From assembly GCA_030668875.1 (NCBI GenBank), contig DAOVER010000005.1, forward strand, positions 26,597 to 90,596: a stretch of DNA of 64,000 bases, written 5' to 3'. The position numbers and the translations under genes were made by a program. Shown in pieces: positions 61,854 to 64,000 of the stretch (positions are counted from its first letter, which is position 1; each line of letters opens with the position of its first letter). The notes beneath the pieces are model-generated. The model searched no databases and had not been told where the DNA came from. It saw only the letters and a program-made list of their open reading frames with translations. The DNA is from Candidatus Heimdallarchaeota archaeon. Lineage in GTDB: Archaea; Asgardarchaeota; Heimdallarchaeia; Heimdallarchaeales; Heimdallarchaeaceae.

Positions 61854-63350
61854 ATGGACAATGTTACTAACTCTTTGGCTTCATCAGATGCGTCTCTGAA
61901 GGTTCCAATTGTTCAACTTGTTAGTTCAATAGGAATAGGCACTTTCATGGCAACATTAGATGCTTCGATTGTTTTTATTATCACTAATCGGATAAAAGAG
62001 TTCTATGTCGTAACTCCAAACATCGTTCAATGGATAGTGTTAGCTTATCTGTTAGTGATGATGGCCTTTACTGTTATTGCAGGGGACTTAGGAGACAAGT
62101 ATAGTAATAAATTAGTCTTTCAGATTGGCATGGTAATTTTTGCTTTGGGGTCGCTGTTCTGTTACCTTGCTTTGAAATTTCTTGTTAATTCTATTCTTTG
62201 GTTGATTTTTGCTAGAATCATCCAAGCTTTTGGGGCAACAGGTATGGTTAGCAACAGCATGGCTTTAATTACTATGTTCACCACTAAAAAGAATCGAGGA
62301 ACAGCCGTAGGATTCAATAATCTACTCATATCAATTTCCGTAATATTAGGTCCCGTGCTTGGAGCAGTTATTGGTCAATACTGGGAAGTAGGGGGGGTTT
62401 TTCTTATCAATGTTCCAATTGGAATTGTGGGTTTCATAATGGTACATAGGAATATACCTAAAACAAAACCTTTAGAGAAAGGCAGAAAAGCAGATTACAT
62501 AGGATCTATACTGCTCGCAGCAGCTCTATCATCCTTAATATTGAGCGCCAGTTTATTTGTAGATATGGAATTATCAAGCTCAAATATCTGGGCAGCAGTT
62601 TGCCTAGGGATAGGTATTCTGCTTGTTCCTGTATTTCTTGTTTGGGAGAAAAGAGCTCCAAACCCATTAATTGATTTTAAATTGATTAAGAACAGGAAAA
62701 TTTCAATCGGATTATTTACAGCTATAACAAATCATCAAGGGTATATTGTTATTATATATCAGGTTAATCTTTTTCTATTATCATTAACTATTGTTCAAAA
62801 TGAAATCCAAGCTGGTTTGATAATTGCAGGATTACCAGTAGGGATGGCTATATTTGCAGCAATTTCAGGTAAACTGTCTAACACGATTGATGCTAGATAT
62901 CTTTGTACTGTAGCCATGTTTTGTGTTGCTGTGTGTTTAGGGATATTAGCTATATTCATTTCAGCAAGCGCCCCCACTTGGTTGTATGGGGTGATTTCCA
63001 CAATAATTGGAGTTTGTATTGGGTTGTTCCAGTCTCCTAATGCTAACTCTATTATGTCAGCAACGCCAAAAGAAAAACTAGGGATATCAAGTGGTCTTTT
63101 AGGGTTGACAACAAGCATAGCTATAAACTTAGGAATTGCTCTTTCAACCGCAATTTTAACATTTGTAACAACCTATCTTTCCAATTCAAATGGTTTGGAT
63201 CCTTTTGCTTCAAGCAATTATGCAATAGGGTTGAAATGGGTTTTTGCAATATTTGCGGTAGTCACAGCTGCAGGAGCAATCTTATCCTATTTCAGAGGTC
63301 CAGAAGACAGAAAAGAAGAAACACTAACTTTGCGGATGGATACAATATAG
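61854..63350 (+). CDS. MFS transporter (DHA2/EmrB-like, about 14 TM)
   Basis: GDLGDKYSNK (motif A-like), many TM helices, 498 aa. Confidence 0.8.
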   Translation: MDNVTNSLASSDASLKVPIVQLVSSIGIGTFMATLDASIVFIITNRIKEFYVVTPNIVQWIVLAYLLVMMAFTVIAGDLGDKYSNKLVFQIGMVIFALGSLFCYLALKFLVNSILWLIFARIIQAFGATGMVSNSMALITMFTTKKNRGTAVGFNNLLISISVILGPVLGAVIGQYWEVGGVFLINVPIGIVGFIMVHRNIPKTKPLEKGRKADYIGSILLAAALSSLILSASLFVDMELSSSNIWAAVCLGIGILLVPVFLVWEKRAPNPLIDFKLIKNRKISIGLFTAITNHQGYIVIIYQVNLFLLSLTIVQNEIQAGLIIAGLPVGMAIFAAISGKLSNTIDARYLCTVAMFCVAVCLGILAIFISASAPTWLYGVISTIIGVCIGLFQSPNANSIMSATPKEKLGISSGLLGLTTSIAINLGIALSTAILTFVTTYLSNSNGLDPFASSNYAIGLKWVFAIFAVVTAAGAILSYFRGPEDRKEETLTLRMDTI

Positions 63351-63502
63351 GCTTTATATTATTGTTCTAACTAAAGAAACTTAGCGAACTTCTTAATATT
63401 CGTGTAAATAAACCGTTATAAGAAGACGACAAATAATTTTGAGTTAGTAACCACTCAATTTTTAAATTAAGAACAATCGTCCATTACGTCAAGGTGACTT
63501 AA

Positions 63503-64000
63503 TTGAGTAAACGTGACCCTAAATTACCAGAGCGAACATATGACCCGCAGAAACAAGATATTAATCTATTTAATTCTTGGCAAAAAGAGAAGTTATTTCA
63601 TTTCAATAAAGAATCGGGTAAGCCAATTTATAGCATTGATACTCCACCCCCTTATGCAAATGCCCCGTGGCATATGGGAGGAGCGATTCATTATAGTGGC
63701 ATCGATATGATTGCTCGTTATATGAGAATGAAAGGTCATGAAATTTTGTTTCCCATGTGCTTAGATCGCAATGGTTTGCCTATTGAAGTTCAAGCTGAAA
63801 AAGAATTCAGAGTTTCTATGCACGATATTTCACGTGAAGAGTTTCTAAGTATGTGCAAACAAATTCTAGACAGAGTAGGTGACATGATTTTGAACATCTG
63901 TAGGATTCTTGGATTTAGCAATAACTCATTTGAATGGGATGATGTGTATAAAACTGATCAGGAACAATATAGGGCACTCACACAGTCCACTTTCATTAAA
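63503..64000 (+). CDS. valS: class Ia aminoacyl-tRNA synthetase, most like archaeal-type valyl-tRNA synthetase; truncated at its 3' end by the window edge
   Basis: From the TTG at 63503 (stop codon immediately upstream) the frame is open to nt 64000. Sequence: SIDTPPPYANAPWHMGGAIHYSGIDMIARYMRMKGHEILFPMCLDRNGLPIEVQAE. The frame is not listed in the ORF track because it runs off the window. Confidence 0.6.
   Translation, partial: MSKRDPKLPERTYDPQKQDINLFNSWQKEKLFHFNKESGKPIYSIDTPPPYANAPWHMGGAIHYSGIDMIARYMRMKGHEILFPMCLDRNGLPIEVQAEKEFRVSMHDISREEFLSMCKQILDRVGDMILNICRILGFSNNSFEWDDVYKTDQEQYRALTQSTFIK

Noticed and set aside
63513-63710. 65-aa plus-strand ORF in the ORF track
   Set aside because: It is in the wrong frame within the ValRS-like gene, which starts at 63503 and runs off the window.
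1-64000. Eukaryotic or viral contamination as the source of the C2H2, E2, GTPase and gelsolin-like genes
   Set aside because: These genes are interleaved on one contiguous sequence with archaeal operons (the ribosomal protein cluster, RadA, Cbf5, an archaeal-type tRNA intron). They have no spliceosomal introns and share the same AT-rich composition.

Overview
This is an AT-rich archaeal chromosomal segment (roughly one-third GC by eye), densely coding on both strands. All calls come from reading motifs in the supplied translations and in the DNA. No database search or structure prediction was run, so family names are recognition-level calls. The archaeal assignment rests on archaeal/eukaryotic-type ribosomal proteins (eL14, eL19, eL32, eL34, eS4), Cbf5, RadA, a family-B DNA polymerase, Hef and an intron-containing tRNA. 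A ubiquitin-conjugating E2, a Rab/Ras-like small GTPase, a gelsolin-like protein and tandem C2H2 zinc-finger arrays also occur here. By inference this points to an Asgard (Loki-like) archaeon.

Core blocks:
- AclA-type citrate lyase (truncated at the window edge), Trm5-like methyltransferase, PolB, Hbd, CobO and RadA.
- A complete preQ0 operon: queE-folE2-unknown-queD-queC.
- An NSUN methyltransferase and tRNA-Ser, followed by uS13-uS4-uS11.
- A rearranged spc-like ribosomal cluster (uS17 through uL15, then eL34-cmk-eL14-cbf5). It is interrupted by two opposite-strand SecY paralogs, an oxidoreductase and a Trm9-like methyltransferase.
- tRNA-Ile(GAU) with an intron, Hef, an MFS transporter and the start of ValRS.

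Accessory content lies at about 25.8-32.4 kb:
- Two C2H2 zinc-finger array genes; the second has a C-terminal PD-(D/E)XK-like motif.
- A PLD-family nuclease paired with a YaaC-like gene.
- A GC-rich IS481-like element with visible inverted repeats and a 16-17 bp direct repeat.
- A NERD protein.
- A nucleotidyltransferase-like gene convergent with an immunity-protein-like gene.

Other notable points:
- uS4 and uL24 share a near-identical C-terminal helix-hairpin-helix module.
- Cbf5 carries a 502-aa LAGLIDADG intein.
- The second SecY paralog is mosaic and divergent, and lacks the usual L8/9 loop.
- A HEPN-like gene pair sits next to the tRNA-Ile.

No rRNA genes or CRISPR arrays were seen.
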